Assembly: GCA_964057225.1 (NCBI GenBank)
Contig: OZ059899.1
Location: 19,716,001 to 19,780,000, forward strand
Origin: Auanema rhodensis
Taxonomy: Eukaryota; Animalia; Nematoda
DNA length: 64,000 nucleotides
Reading direction: 5' to 3'
Part shown: positions 50,401-63,723 of the stretch, one piece after another
Layout of the letters: each line of letters opens with the position of its first letter
Position numbering within the stretch: the first letter of the stretch is position 1
The notes under the pieces: generated by a model
Databases searched by the model: none
Seen by the model: only the letters and a program-made list of their open reading frames with translations
Told to the model about the DNA's origin: nothing
Translations under genes and position numbers: made by a program

Positions 50401-52440
50401 ATGGACAATGTTATTCAACGAAAAAATTAATTCTGCAGGGTGAAAATCGAGGATATAAGTGTGAACTTATATCAGTTGATATCTCGGTGCATTTTTAAGC
50501 TAGCGCAAATCTGATAACACAGATCGACGCAGCTTAAAAATCCGCATCGAATGCACTATACTGCATTGAGAAACGCTTAATACAAAAGTTAGTTATGATC
50601 GTTTGAAAAATGATGCATTAGTGTATGTTGAGTTTCCATGTACACTCAACATTGCTTCCAAAAACATTTTGACAAAAATTTTTCCGAAAAATTTTAAAAT
50701 AATTTCGCAAAGAGTAGGTGTTTTTAGATTCCTTTTTTCAAGGCAAAGACGATGGACAATGTTATTCAACGAAAAAATTAATTCTGCAGGGTGAAAATCG
50801 AGGATATAAGTGTGAACTTATATCAGTTGATATCTCGGTGCATTTTTAAGCTAGCGCAAATCTGATAACACAGATCGATGCCGCTTAAAAATCCGCATCG
50901 AATGCACTATACTACATTGAGAAACGCTTGATACAAAAATTAGTTATGATCGTTTGAAAAAAGATGCATTAGTGTATGTTGAGTTTCCATGTACACTCAA
51001 CATTGCTTCCAAAAACATTTTTACAAAAATTTTTCCGAAAAATTTCGAAATAATTTCGCAAAAAGTAGATGTTTTTAGATTCCTTTTTTCAAGGCAAAGA
51101 CGATGGACATTGTTATTCAACGAAAAAATTGATTCTGCAGGGTGAAAATCGAGGATATAAGTGTGAACTTATATCAGTTGATATCTCGGTGCATTTTTAA
51201 GCTAACTCAAATCTGATAACACAGATCGACGCAGCTTAAAAATCCGCATCGAATGCACTATACTGCATTGAGAAACGCTTAATACAAAAGTTAGTTATGA
51301 TCGTTTGAAAAATGATGCATTAGTGTATGTTGAGTTTCCATGTACACTCAACATTGCTTCCAAAAACATTTTGACAAAAATTTTTCCGAAAAATTTTAAA
51401 ATAATTTCGCAAAGAGTAGGTGTTTTTAGATTCCTTTTTTCAAGGCAAAGACGATGGACAATGTTATTCAACGAAAAAATTAATTCTGCAGGGTGAAAAT
51501 CGAGGATATAAGTGTGAACTTATATCAGTTGATATCTCGGTGCATTTTTAAGCTAGCGCAAATCTGATAACACAGATCGACGCAGCTTAAAAATCCGCAT
51601 CGAATGCATTATACGACATTGAGAAACGCTTAATACAAAAATTAGTTATGATCGTTTGAAAAAAGATGCATTAGTGTATGTTGAGTTTCCATGTACACTC
51701 AACATTGCTTCCAAAAACATTTTGACAAAAATTTTTCCGAAAAATTTCGAAAAAATTTCGCGAAAAGTAGATGTTTTTAGATTCCTTTTTTCAAGGCAAA
51801 GACGATGGACATTGTTATTCAACGAAAAAATTAATTCTGCAGGGTGAAAATCGAGGATATAAGTGTGAACTTATATCAGTTGATATCTCGGTGCATTTTT
51901 AAGCTAGCGCAAATCTGATAACACAGATCGATGCCGCTTAAAAATCCGCATCGAATGCACTATACTACATTGAGAAACGCTTGATACAAAAATTAGTTAT
52001 GATCGTTTGAAAAAAGATGCATTAGTGTATGTTGAGTTTCCATGTACACTCAACATTGCTTCCAAAAACATTTTGACAAAAATTTTTCCGAAAAATTTCG
52101 AAAAAATTTCGCGAAAAGTAGATGTTTTTAGATTCCTTTTTTCAAGGCAAAGACGATGGACAATGTTATTCAACGAAAAAATTAATTCTGCAGGGTGAAA
52201 ATCGAGGATATAAGTGTGAACTTATATCAGTTGATATCTCGGTGCATGTTTAAGCTAGCGCAAATCTGATAACACAGATCGACGCAGCTTAAAAATCCGC
52301 ATCGAATGCATTATACGACATTGAGAAACGCTTAATACAAAAATTAGTTATGATCGTTTGAAAAATGATGCATTAGTGTATGTTGAGTTTCCATGTACAC
52401 TCAACATTGCTTCCAAAAACATTTTGACAAAAATTTTTCC
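47430..52440. repeat. Tandem duplication with 7-monomer period (2457 bp)
   Basis: All seven ORF variants at 47444-49550 recur in order at 49901-52007. The private haplotype tacaacattgagaaacgcat occurs at 47751 and 50208. Confidence 0.92.
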
Positions 52441-54947
52441 GAAAAATTTCAAAATAATTTCGCGAAAAGTAGATGTTTTTAGATTCCTTCTTTCAAGGCA
52501 AAGACGATGGACAATGTTATTCAACGAAAAAATTAATTCTGCAGGGTGAAAATCGAGGATATAAGTGGGAACTTTATATCAGTTGATATCTCTGTGCATT
52601 TTTAAGCTAGCGCAAATCTGATAACACAGATCGACGCAGCTTAAAAATCCGCATCGAATGCACTATACTACATTGAGAAACGCTTAATACAAAAATTAGT
52701 TATGATCGTTTGAAAAAAGATGCATTAGTGTATGTTGAGTTTCCATGTACACTCAACATTGCTTCCAAAAACATTTTGACAAAAATTTTTCCGAAAAATT
52801 TCAAAATAATTTCGCAAAAAGTAGATGTTTTTAGATTCCTTTTTTCACGGCAAAGACGATGGACAAAGTTATTCAACGAAAAAATTAATTCTGCAGGGTG
52901 AAAATCGAGGATATAAGTGTGAACTTATATCAGTTGATATCTCGGTGCATTTTTAAGCTAGCGCAAATCTGATAACACAGATCGACGCAGCTTAAAAATC
53001 CGCATCGAATGCACTATACTACATTGAGAAACGCTTAATACAAAAATTAGTTATGATCGTTTGAAAAATGATGCATTAGTGTATGTTGAGTTTCCATGTA
53101 CACTCAACATTGCTTCCAAAAACATTTTGACAAAAATTTTTCCGAAAAATTTCAAAATAATTTCGCGAAAAGTAGATGTTTTTAGATTCCTTCTTTCAAG
53201 GCAAAGACGATGGACAATGTTATTCAACGAAAAAATTAATTCTGCAGGGTGAAAATCGAGGATATAAGTGTGAACTTATATCAGTTGATATCTCGGTGCA
53301 TTTTTAAGCTAGCGCAAATCTGATAACACAGATCGACGCAGCTTAAAAATCCGCATCGAATGCACTATACTACATTGAGAAACGCTTAATACAAAAATTA
53401 GTTATGATCGTTTGAAAAAAGATGCATTAGTGTATGTTGAGTTTCCATGTACACTCAACATTGCTTCCAAAAACATTTTGACAAAAATTTTTCCGAAAAA
53501 TTTCAAAATAATTTCGCAAAAAGTAGATGTTTTTAGATTCCTTTTTTCACGGCAAAGACGATGGACAAAGTTATTCAACGAAAAAATTAATTCTGCAGGG
53601 TGAAAATCGAGGATATAAGTGTGAACTTATATCAGTTGATATCTCGGTGCATTTTTAAGCTAGCGCAAATCTGATAACACAGATCGACGCAGCTTAAAAA
53701 TCCGCATCGAATGCACTATACTACATTGAGAAACGCTTAATACAAAAATTAGTTATGATCGTTTGAAAAATGATGCATTAGTGTATGTTGAGTTTCCATG
53801 TACACCCAACATAGCTTCCAAAAACATTTTGACAAAAATGTTTCCGAAAAATTTCGAAACAATTTCGCAAAAAGTAGATGTTTTTAGATTCCTTTTTTCA
53901 CGGCAAAGACGATGGACAAAGTTATTCAACGAAAAAATTAATTCTGCAGGGTGAAAATCGAGGATATAAGTGTGAACTTATATCAGTTGATATCTCGGTG
54001 CATGTTTAAGCTAGCGCAAATCTGATAACACAGATCGACGCAGCTTAAAAATCCGCATCGAATGCACTATACTACATTGAGAAACGCTTAATACAAAAAT
54101 TAGTTATGATCGTTTGAAAAAAGATGCATTAGTGTATGTTGAGTTTCCATGTACACTCAACATTGCTTCCAAAAACATTTTGACAAAAATTTTTCCGAAA
54201 AATTTCAAAATAATTTCGCAAAAAGTAGATGTTTTTAGATTCCTTTTTTCACGGCAAAGACGATGGACAAAGTTATTCAACGAAAAAATTAATTCTGCAG
54301 GGTGAAAATCGAGGATATAAGTGTGAACTTATATCAGTTGATATCTCGGTGCATTTTTAAGCTAGCGCAAATCTGATAACACAGATCGACGCAGCTTAAA
54401 AATCCGCATCGAATGCACTATACTACATTGAGAAACGCTTAATACAAAAATTAGTTATGATCGTTTGAAAAATGATGCATTAGTGTATGTTGAGTTTCCA
54501 TGTACACTCAACATTGCTTCCAAAAACATTTTGACAAAAATTTTTCCGAAAAATTTCAAAATAATTTCGCAAAAAGTAGAAGTTTTTAGATTCCTTCTTT
54601 CAAGGCAAAGACGATGGACAATGTTATTCAACGAAAAAATTAATTCTGCAGGGTGAAAATCGAGGATATAAGTGTGAACTTATATCAGTTGATATCTCGG
54701 TGCATGTTTAAGCTAGCGCAAATCTGATAACACAGATCGACGCAGCTTAAAAATCCGCATCAAATGCACTATACTACATTGAGAAACGCTTAATACAAAA
54801 ATTAGTTATGATCGTTTGAAAAAAGATGCATTAGTGTATGTTGAGTTTCCATGTACACTCAACATTGCTTCCAAAAACATTTTGACAAAAATTTTTCCGA
54901 AAAATTTCAAAATAATTTCGCAAAAAGTAGATGTTTTTAGATTCCTT
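50480..54947. repeat. Copy A of a ~4.4-kb (~12.5-monomer) block duplicated at +8776 bp
   Basis: Shares with 59256-63723 the only indel allele in the window, the acacccaac/gaaacaatt monomer (53763/62539) and catcaaatg. Confidence 0.9.
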
Positions 54948-57900
54948 CTTTCAAGGCAAAGACGATGGACAATGTTATTCAACGAAAAAATTAATTCTGC
55001 AGGGTGAAAATCGAGGATATAAGTGTGAACTTATATCAGTTGATATCTCGGTGCATGTTTAAGCTAGCGCAAATCTGATAACACAGATCGACGCAGCTTA
55101 AAAATCCGCATCGAATGCACTATACTACATTGAGAAACGCTTAATACAAAAATTAGTTATGATCGTTTGAAAAAAGATGCATTAGTGTATGTTGAGTTTC
55201 CATGTACACTCAACATTGCTTCCAAAAACATTTTGACAAAAATTTTTCCGAAAAATTTCGAAAAAATTTCGCGAAAAGTAGATGTTTTTAGATTCCTTTT
55301 TTCAAGGCAAAGACGATGGACAATGTTATTCAACGAAAAAATTAATTCTCCAGGGTGAAAATCGAGGATATAAGTGTGAACTTATATCAGTTGATATCTC
55401 GGTGCATTTTTAAGCTAGCGCAAATCTGATAACACAGATCGACGCAGCCTAAAAATCCGCATCGAATGCACTATACTACATTGAGAAACGCTTAATACAA
55501 AAATTAGTTATGATCGTTTGAAAAATGATGCATTAGTGTATGTTGAGTTTCCATGTACACTCAACATAGCTTCCAAAAACATTTTGACAAAAATTTTTCC
55601 GAAAAATTTCGAAAAAATTTCGCGAAAAGTAGATGTTTTTAGATTCCTTTTTTCAAGGCAAAGACGATGGACAATGTTATTCAACGAAAAAATTAATTCT
55701 CCAGGGTGAAAATCGAGGATATAAGTGTGAACTTATATCAGTTGATATCTCGGTGCAATTTTAAGCTAGCGCAAATCTGATAATACAGATCGACGCAGCT
55801 TAAAAATCCGCATCGAATGCACTATACTGCATTGAGAAACGCTTAATACAAAAGTTAGTTATGATCGTTTGAAAAATGATGCATTAGTGTATGTTGAGTT
55901 TCCATGTACACTCAACATTGCTTCCAAAAACATTTTGACAAAAATTTTTCCGAAAAATTTCGAAATAAATTCGCAAAAAGTAGATGTTTTTAGATTCCTT
56001 TTTTCAAGGCAAAGACGATGGACAATGTTATTCAACGAAAAAATTAATTCTGCAGGGTGAAAATCGAGGATATAAGTGTGAACTTATATTAGTTGATATC
56101 TCGGTGCATTTTTAAGCTAGCGCAAATCTGATAACACAGATCGACGCAGCTTAAAAATCCGCATCGAATGCACTATACTGCATTGAGAAACGCTTAATAC
56201 AAAAGTTAGTTATGATCGTTTGAAAAATGATGCATTAGTGTATGTTGAGTTTCCATGTACACTCAACATTGCTTCCAAAAACATTTTGACAAAAATTTTT
56301 CCGAAAAATTTTAAAATAATTTCGCAAAGAGTAGGTGTTTTTAGATTCCTTTTTTCAAGGCAAAGACGATGGACAATGTTATTCAACGAAAAAATTAATT
56401 CTGCAGGGTGAAAATCGAGGATATAAGTGTGAACTTATATCAGTTGATATCTCGGTGCATTTTTAAGCTAGCGCAAATCTGATAACACAGATCGATGCCG
56501 CTTAAAAATCCGCATCGAATGCACTATACTACATTGAAAAACGCATGATACAAAAATTAGTTATGATCGTTTGAAAAAAGATGCATTAGTGTATGTTGAG
56601 TTTCCATGTACACTCAACATTGCTTCCAAAAACATTTTTACAAAAATTTTTCCGAAAAATTTCGAAATAATTTCGCAAAAAGTAGATGTTTTTAGATTTC
56701 TTTTTTCAAGGCAAAGACGATGGACATTGTTATTCAACGAAAAAATTGATTCTGCAGGGTGAAAATCGAGGATATAAGTGTGAACTTATATCAGTTGATA
56801 TCTCGGTGCATTTTTAAGCTAACTCAAATCTGATAACACAGATCGACGCAGCTTAAAAATCCGCATCGAATGCACTATACTGCATTGAGAAACGCTTAAT
56901 ACAAAAGTTAGTTATGATCGTTTGAAAAATGATGCATTAGTGTATGTTGAGTTTCCATGTACACTCAACATTGCTTCCAAAAACATTTTGACAAAAATTT
57001 TTCCGAAAAATTTTAAAATAATTTCGCAAAGAGTAGGTGTTTTTAGATTCCTTTTTTCAAGGCAAAGACGATGGACAAAGTTATTCAACGAAAAAATTAA
57101 TTCTGCAGGGTGAAAATCGAGGATATAAGTGTGAACTTATATCAGTTGATATCTCGGTGCATTTTTAAGCTAGCGCAAATCTGATAACACAGATCGACGC
57201 AGCTTAAAAATCCGCATCGAATGCACTATACTACATTGAGAAACGCTTAATACAAAAGTTAGTTATGATCGTTTGAAAAATGATGCATTAGTGTATGTTG
57301 AGTTTCCATGTACACTCAACATTGCTTCCAAAAACATTTTGACAAAAATTTTTCCGAAAAATTTTAAAATAATTTCGCAAAGAGTGGGTGTTTTTAGATT
57401 CCTTTTTTCAAGGCAAAGACGATGGACAATGTTATTCAACGAAAAAATTAATTCTGCAGGGTGAAAATCGAGGATATAAGTGTGAACTTATATCAGTTGA
57501 TATCTCGGTGCATTTTTAAGCTAGCGCAAATCTGATAACACAGATCGACGCAGCTTAACAATCCGCATCGAATGCACTATACTACATTGAGAAACGCTTA
57601 GTACAAAAATTAGTTATGATCGTTTGAAAAATGATGCATTAGTGTATGTTGAGTTTCCATGTACACTCAACATTGCTTCCAAAAACATTTTGACAAAAAT
57701 TTTTCCGAAAAATTTCAAAATAATTTCGCAAAAAGTAGAAGTTTTTAGATTCCTTCTTTCAAGGCAAAGACGATGGACAATGTTATTCAACGAAAAAATT
57801 AATTCTGCAGGGTGAAAATCGAGGATATAAGTGTGAACTTATATCAGTTGATATCTCGGTGCATGTTTAAGCTAGCGCAAATCTGATAACACAGATCGAC

Positions 57901-60237
57901 GCAGCTTAAAAATCCGCATCAAATGCACTATACTACATTGAGAAACGCTTAATACAAAAATTAGTTATGATCGTTTGAAAAAAGATGCATTAGTGTATGT
58001 TGAGTTTCCATGTACACTCAACATTGCTTCCAAAAACATTTTGACAAAAATTTTTCCGAAAAATTTCAAAATAATTTCGCAAAAAGTAGATGTTTTTAGA
58101 TTCCTTCTTTCAAGGCAAAGACGATGGACAATGTTATTCAACGAAAAAATTAATTCTGCAGGGTGAAAATCGAGGATATAAGTGTGAACTTATATCAGTT
58201 GATATCTCGGTGCATGTTTAAGCTAGCGCAAATCTGATAACACAGATCGACGCAGCTTAAAAATCCGCATCGAATGCACTATACTACATTGAGAAACGCT
58301 TAATACAAAAATTAGTTATGATCGTTTGAAAAAAGATGCATTAGTGTATGTTGAGTTTCCATGTACACTCAACATTGCTTCCAAAAACATTTTGACAAAA
58401 ATTTTTCCGAAAAATTTCGAAAAAATTTCGCGAAAAGTAGATGTTTTTAGATTCCTTTTTTCAAGGCAAAGACGATGGACAATGTTATTCAACGAAAAAA
58501 TTAATTCTCCAGGGTGAAAATCGAGGATATAAGTGTGAACTTATATCAGTTGATATCTCGGTGCATTTTTAAGCTAGCGCAAATCTGATAACACAGATCG
58601 ACGCAGCCTAAAAATCCGCATCGAATGCACTATACTACATTGAGAAACGCTTAATACAAAAATTAGTTATGATCGTTTGAAAAATGATGCATTAGTGTAT
58701 GTTGAGTTTCCATGTACACTCAACATAGCTTCCAAAAACATTTTGACAAAAATTTTTCCGAAAAATTTCGAAAAAATTTCGCGAAAAGTAGATGTTTTTA
58801 GATTCCTTTTTTCAAGGCAAAGACGATGGACAATGTTATTCAACGAAAAAATTAATTCTCCAGGGTGAAAATCGAGGATATAAGTGTGAACTTATATCAG
58901 TTGATATCTCGGTGCAATTTTAAGCTAGCGCAAATCTGATAATACAGATCGACGCAGCTTAAAAATCCGCATCGAATGCACTATACTGCATTGAGAAACG
59001 CTTAATACAAAAGTTAGTTATGATCGTTTGAAAAATGATGCATTAGTGTATGTTGAGTTTCCATGTACACTCAACATTGCTTCCAAAAACATTTTGACAA
59101 AAATTTTTCCGAAAAATTTCGAAATAAATTCGCAAAAAGTAGATGTTTTTAGATTCCTTTTTTCAAGGCAAAGACGATGGACAATGTTATTCAACGAAAA
59201 AATTAATTCTGCAGGGTGAAAATCGAGGATATAAGTGTGAACTTATATTAGTTGATATCTCGGTGCATTTTTAAGCTAGCGCAAATCTGATAACACAGAT
59301 CGACGCAGCTTAAAAATCCGCATCGAATGCACTATACTGCATTGAGAAACGCTTAATACAAAAGTTAGTTATGATCGTTTGAAAAATGATGCATTAGTGT
59401 ATGTTGAGTTTCCATGTACACTCAACATTGCTTCCAAAAACATTTTGACAAAAATTTTTCCGAAAAATTTTAAAATAATTTCGCAAAGAGTAGGTGTTTT
59501 TAGATTCCTTTTTTCAAGGCAAAGACGATGGACAATGTTATTCAACGAAAAAATTAATTCTGCAGGGTGAAAATCGAGGATATAAGTGTGAACTTATATC
59601 AGTTGATATCTCGGTGCATTTTTAAGCTAGCGCAAATCTGATAACACAGATCGATGCCGCTTAAAAATCCGCATCGAATGCACTATACTACATTGAGAAA
59701 CGCTTGATACAAAAATTAGTTATGATCGTTTGAAAAAAGATGCATTAGTGTATGTTGAGTTTCCATGTACACTCAACATTGCTTCCAAAAACATTTTTAC
59801 AAAAATTTTTCCGAAAAATTTCGAAATAATTTCGCAAAAAGTAGATGTTTTTAGATTCCTTTTTTCAAGGCAAAGACGATGGACATTGTTATTCAACGAA
59901 AAAATTGATTCTGCAGGGTGAAAATCGAGGATATAAGTGTGAACTTATATCAGTTGATATCTCGGTGCATTTTTAAGCTAACTCAAATCTGATAACACAG
60001 ATCGACGCAGCTTAAAAATCCGCATCGAATGCACTATACTGCATTGAGAAACGCTTAATACAAAAGTTAGTTATGATCGTTTGAAAAATGATGCATTAGT
60101 GTATGTTGAGTTTCCATGTACACTCAACATTGCTTCCAAAAACATTTTGACAAAAATTTTTCCGAAAAATTTTAAAATAATTTCGCAAAGAGTAGGTGTT
60201 TTTAGATTCCTTTTTTCAAGGCAAAGACGATGGACAA
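54443..60237. repeat. Near-tandem duplication with 9-monomer period (3159 bp), about 7.5 monomers matching
   Basis: Rare SNPs recur at +3159: catcaaatg (54758/57917), gcagcct (55444/58603), acttatatta (56082/59241). Confidence 0.9.
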
Positions 60238-63200
60238 TGTTATTCAACGAAAAAATTAATTCTGCAGGGTGAAAATCGAGGATATAAGTGTGAACTTATA
60301 TCAGTTGATATCTCGGTGCATTTTTAAGCTAGCGCAAATCTGATAACACAGATCGACGCAGCTTAAAAATCCGCATCGAATGCATTATACGACATTGAGA
60401 AACGCTTAATACAAAAATTAGTTATGATCGTTTGAAAAAAGATGCATTAGTGTATGTTGAGTTTCCATGTACACTCAACATTGCTTCCAAAAACATTTTG
60501 ACAAAAATTTTTCCGAAAAATTTCGAAAAAATTTCGCGAAAAGTAGATGTTTTTAGATTCCTTTTTTCAAGGCAAAGACGATGGACATTGTTATTCAACG
60601 AAAAAATTAATTCTGCAGGGTGAAAATCGAGGATATAAGTGTGAACTTATATCAGTTGATATCTCGGTGCATTTTTAAGCTAGCGCAAATCTGATAACAC
60701 AGATCGATGCCGCTTAAAAATCCGCATCGAATGCACTATACTACATTGAGAAACGCTTGATACAAAAATTAGTTATGATCGTTTGAAAAAAGATGCATTA
60801 GTGTATGTTGAGTTTCCATGTACACTCAACATTGCTTCCAAAAACATTTTGACAAAAATTTTTCCGAAAAATTTCGAAAAAATTTCGCGAAAAGTAGATG
60901 TTTTTAGATTCCTTTTTTCAAGGCAAAGACGATGGACAATGTTATTCAACGAAAAAATTAATTCTGCAGGGTGAAAATCGAGGATATAAGTGTGAACTTA
61001 TATCAGTTGATATCTCGGTGCATGTTTAAGCTAGCGCAAATCTGATAACACAGATCGACGCAGCTTAAAAATCCGCATCGAATGCATTATACGACATTGA
61101 GAAACGCTTAATACAAAAATTAGTTATGATCGTTTGAAAAATGATGCATTAGTGTATGTTGAGTTTCCATGTACACTCAACATTGCTTCCAAAAACATTT
61201 TGACAAAAATTTTTCCGGAAAATTTCAAAATAATTTCGCGAAAAGTAGATGTTTTTAGATTCCTTCTTTCAAGGCAAAGACGATGGACAATGTTATTCAA
61301 CGAAAAAATTAATTCTGCAGGGTGAAAATCGAGGATATAAGTGGGAACTTTATATCAGTTGATATCTCTGTGCATTTTTAAGCTAGCGCAAATCTGATAA
61401 CACAGATCGACGCAGCTTAAAAATCCGCATCGAATGCACTATACTACATTGAGAAACGCTTAATACAAAAATTAGTTATGATCGTTTGAAAAAAGATGCA
61501 TTAGTGTATGTTGAGTTTCCATGTACACTCAACATTGCTTCCAAAAACATTTTGACAAAAATTTTTCCGAAAAATTTCAAAATAATTTCGCAAAAAGTAG
61601 ATGTTTTTAGATTCCTTTTTTCACGGCAAAGACGATGGACAAAGTTATTCAACGAAAAAATTAATTCTGCAGGGTGAAAATCGAGGATATAAGTGTGAAC
61701 TTATATCAGTTGATATCTCGGTGCATTTTTAAGCTAGCGCAAATCTGATAACACAGATCGACGCAGCTTAAAAATCCGCATCGAATGCACTATACTACAT
61801 TGAGAAACGCTTAATACAAAAATTAGTTATGATCGTTTGAAAAATGATGCATTAGTGTATGTTGAGTTTCCATGTACACTCAACATTGCTTCCAAAAACA
61901 TTTTGACAAAAATTTTTCCGAAAAATTTCAAAATAATTTCGCGAAAAGTAGATGTTTTTAGATTCCTTCTTTCAAGGCAAAGACGATGGACAATGTTATT
62001 CAACGAAAAAATTAATTCTGCAGGGTGAAAATCGAGGATATAAGTGTGAACTTATATCAGTTGATATCTCGGTGCATTTTTAAGCTAGCGCAAATCTGAT
62101 AACACAGATCGACGCAGCTTAAAAATCCGCATCGAATGCACTATACTACATTGAGAAACGCTTAATACAAAAATTAGTTATGATCGTTTGAAAAAAGATG
62201 CATTAGTGTATGTTGAGTTTCCATGTACACTCAACATTGCTTCCAAAAACATTTTGACAAAAATTTTTCCGAAAAATTTCAAAATAATTTCGCAAAAAGT
62301 AGATGTTTTTAGATTCCTTTTTTCACGGCAAAGACGATGGACAAAGTTATTCAACGAAAAAATTAATTCTGCAGGGTGAAAATCGAGGATATAAGTGTGA
62401 ACTTATATCAGTTGATATCTCGGTGCATTTTTAAGCTAGCGCAAATCTGATAACACAGATCGACGCAGCTTAAAAATCCGCATCGAATGCACTATACTAC
62501 ATTGAGAAACGCTTAATACAAAAATTAGTTATGATCGTTTGAAAAATGATGCATTAGTGTATGTTGAGTTTCCATGTACACCCAACATAGCTTCCAAAAA
62601 CATTTTGACAAAAATGTTTCCGAAAAATTTCGAAACAATTTCGCAAAAAGTAGATGTTTTTAGATTCCTTTTTTCACGGCAAAGACGATGGACAAAGTTA
62701 TTCAACGAAAAAATTAATTCTGCAGGGTGAAAATCGAGGATATAAGTGTGAACTTATATCAGTTGATATCTCGGTGCATGTTTAAGCTAGCGCAAATCTG
62801 ATAACACAGATCGACGCAGCTTAAAAATCCGCATCGAATGCACTATACTACATTGAGAAACGCTTAATACAAAAATTAGTTATGATCGTTTGAAAAAAGA
62901 TGCATTAGTGTATGTTGAGTTTCCATGTACACTCAACATTGCTTCCAAAAACATTTTGACAAAAATTTTTCCGAAAAATTTCAAAATAATTTCGCAAAAA
63001 GTAGATGTTTTTAGATTCCTTTTTTCACGGCAAAGACGATGGACAAAGTTATTCAACGAAAAAATTAATTCTGCAGGGTGAAAATCGAGGATATAAGTGT
63101 GAACTTATATCAGTTGATATCTCGGTGCATTTTTAAGCTAGCGCAAATCTGATAACACAGATCGACGCAGCTTAAAAATCCGCATCGAATGCACTATACT

Positions 63201-63723
63201 ACATTGAGAAACGCTTAATACAAAAATTAGTTATGATCGTTTGAAAAATGATGCATTAGTGTATGTTGAGTTTCCATGTACACTCAACATTGCTTCCAAA
63301 AACATTTTGACAAAAATTTTTCCGAAAAATTTCAAAATAATTTCGCAAAAAGTAGAAGTTTTTAGATTCCTTCTTTCAAGGCAAAGACGATGGACAATGT
63401 TATTCAACGAAAAAATTAATTCTGCAGGGTGAAAATCGAGGATATAAGTGTGAACTTATATCAGTTGATATCTCGGTGCATGTTTAAGCTAGCGCAAATC
63501 TGATAACACAGATCGACGCAGCTTAAAAATCCGCATCAAATGCACTATACTACATTGAGAAACGCTTAATACAAAAATTAGTTATGATCGTTTGAAAAAA
63601 GATGCATTAGTGTATGTTGAGTTTCCATGTACACTCAACATTGCTTCCAAAAACATTTTGACAAAAATTTTTCCGAAAAATTTCAAAATAATTTCGCAAA
63701 AAGTAGATGTTTTTAGATTCCTT
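59256..63723. repeat. Copy B of the ~4.4-kb duplicated block
   Basis: ORF variants at 59379-63241 match 50603-54465 in order, with one private change (PKN>PEN at 61134). Offset 8776 = 25x351+1. Confidence 0.9.
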
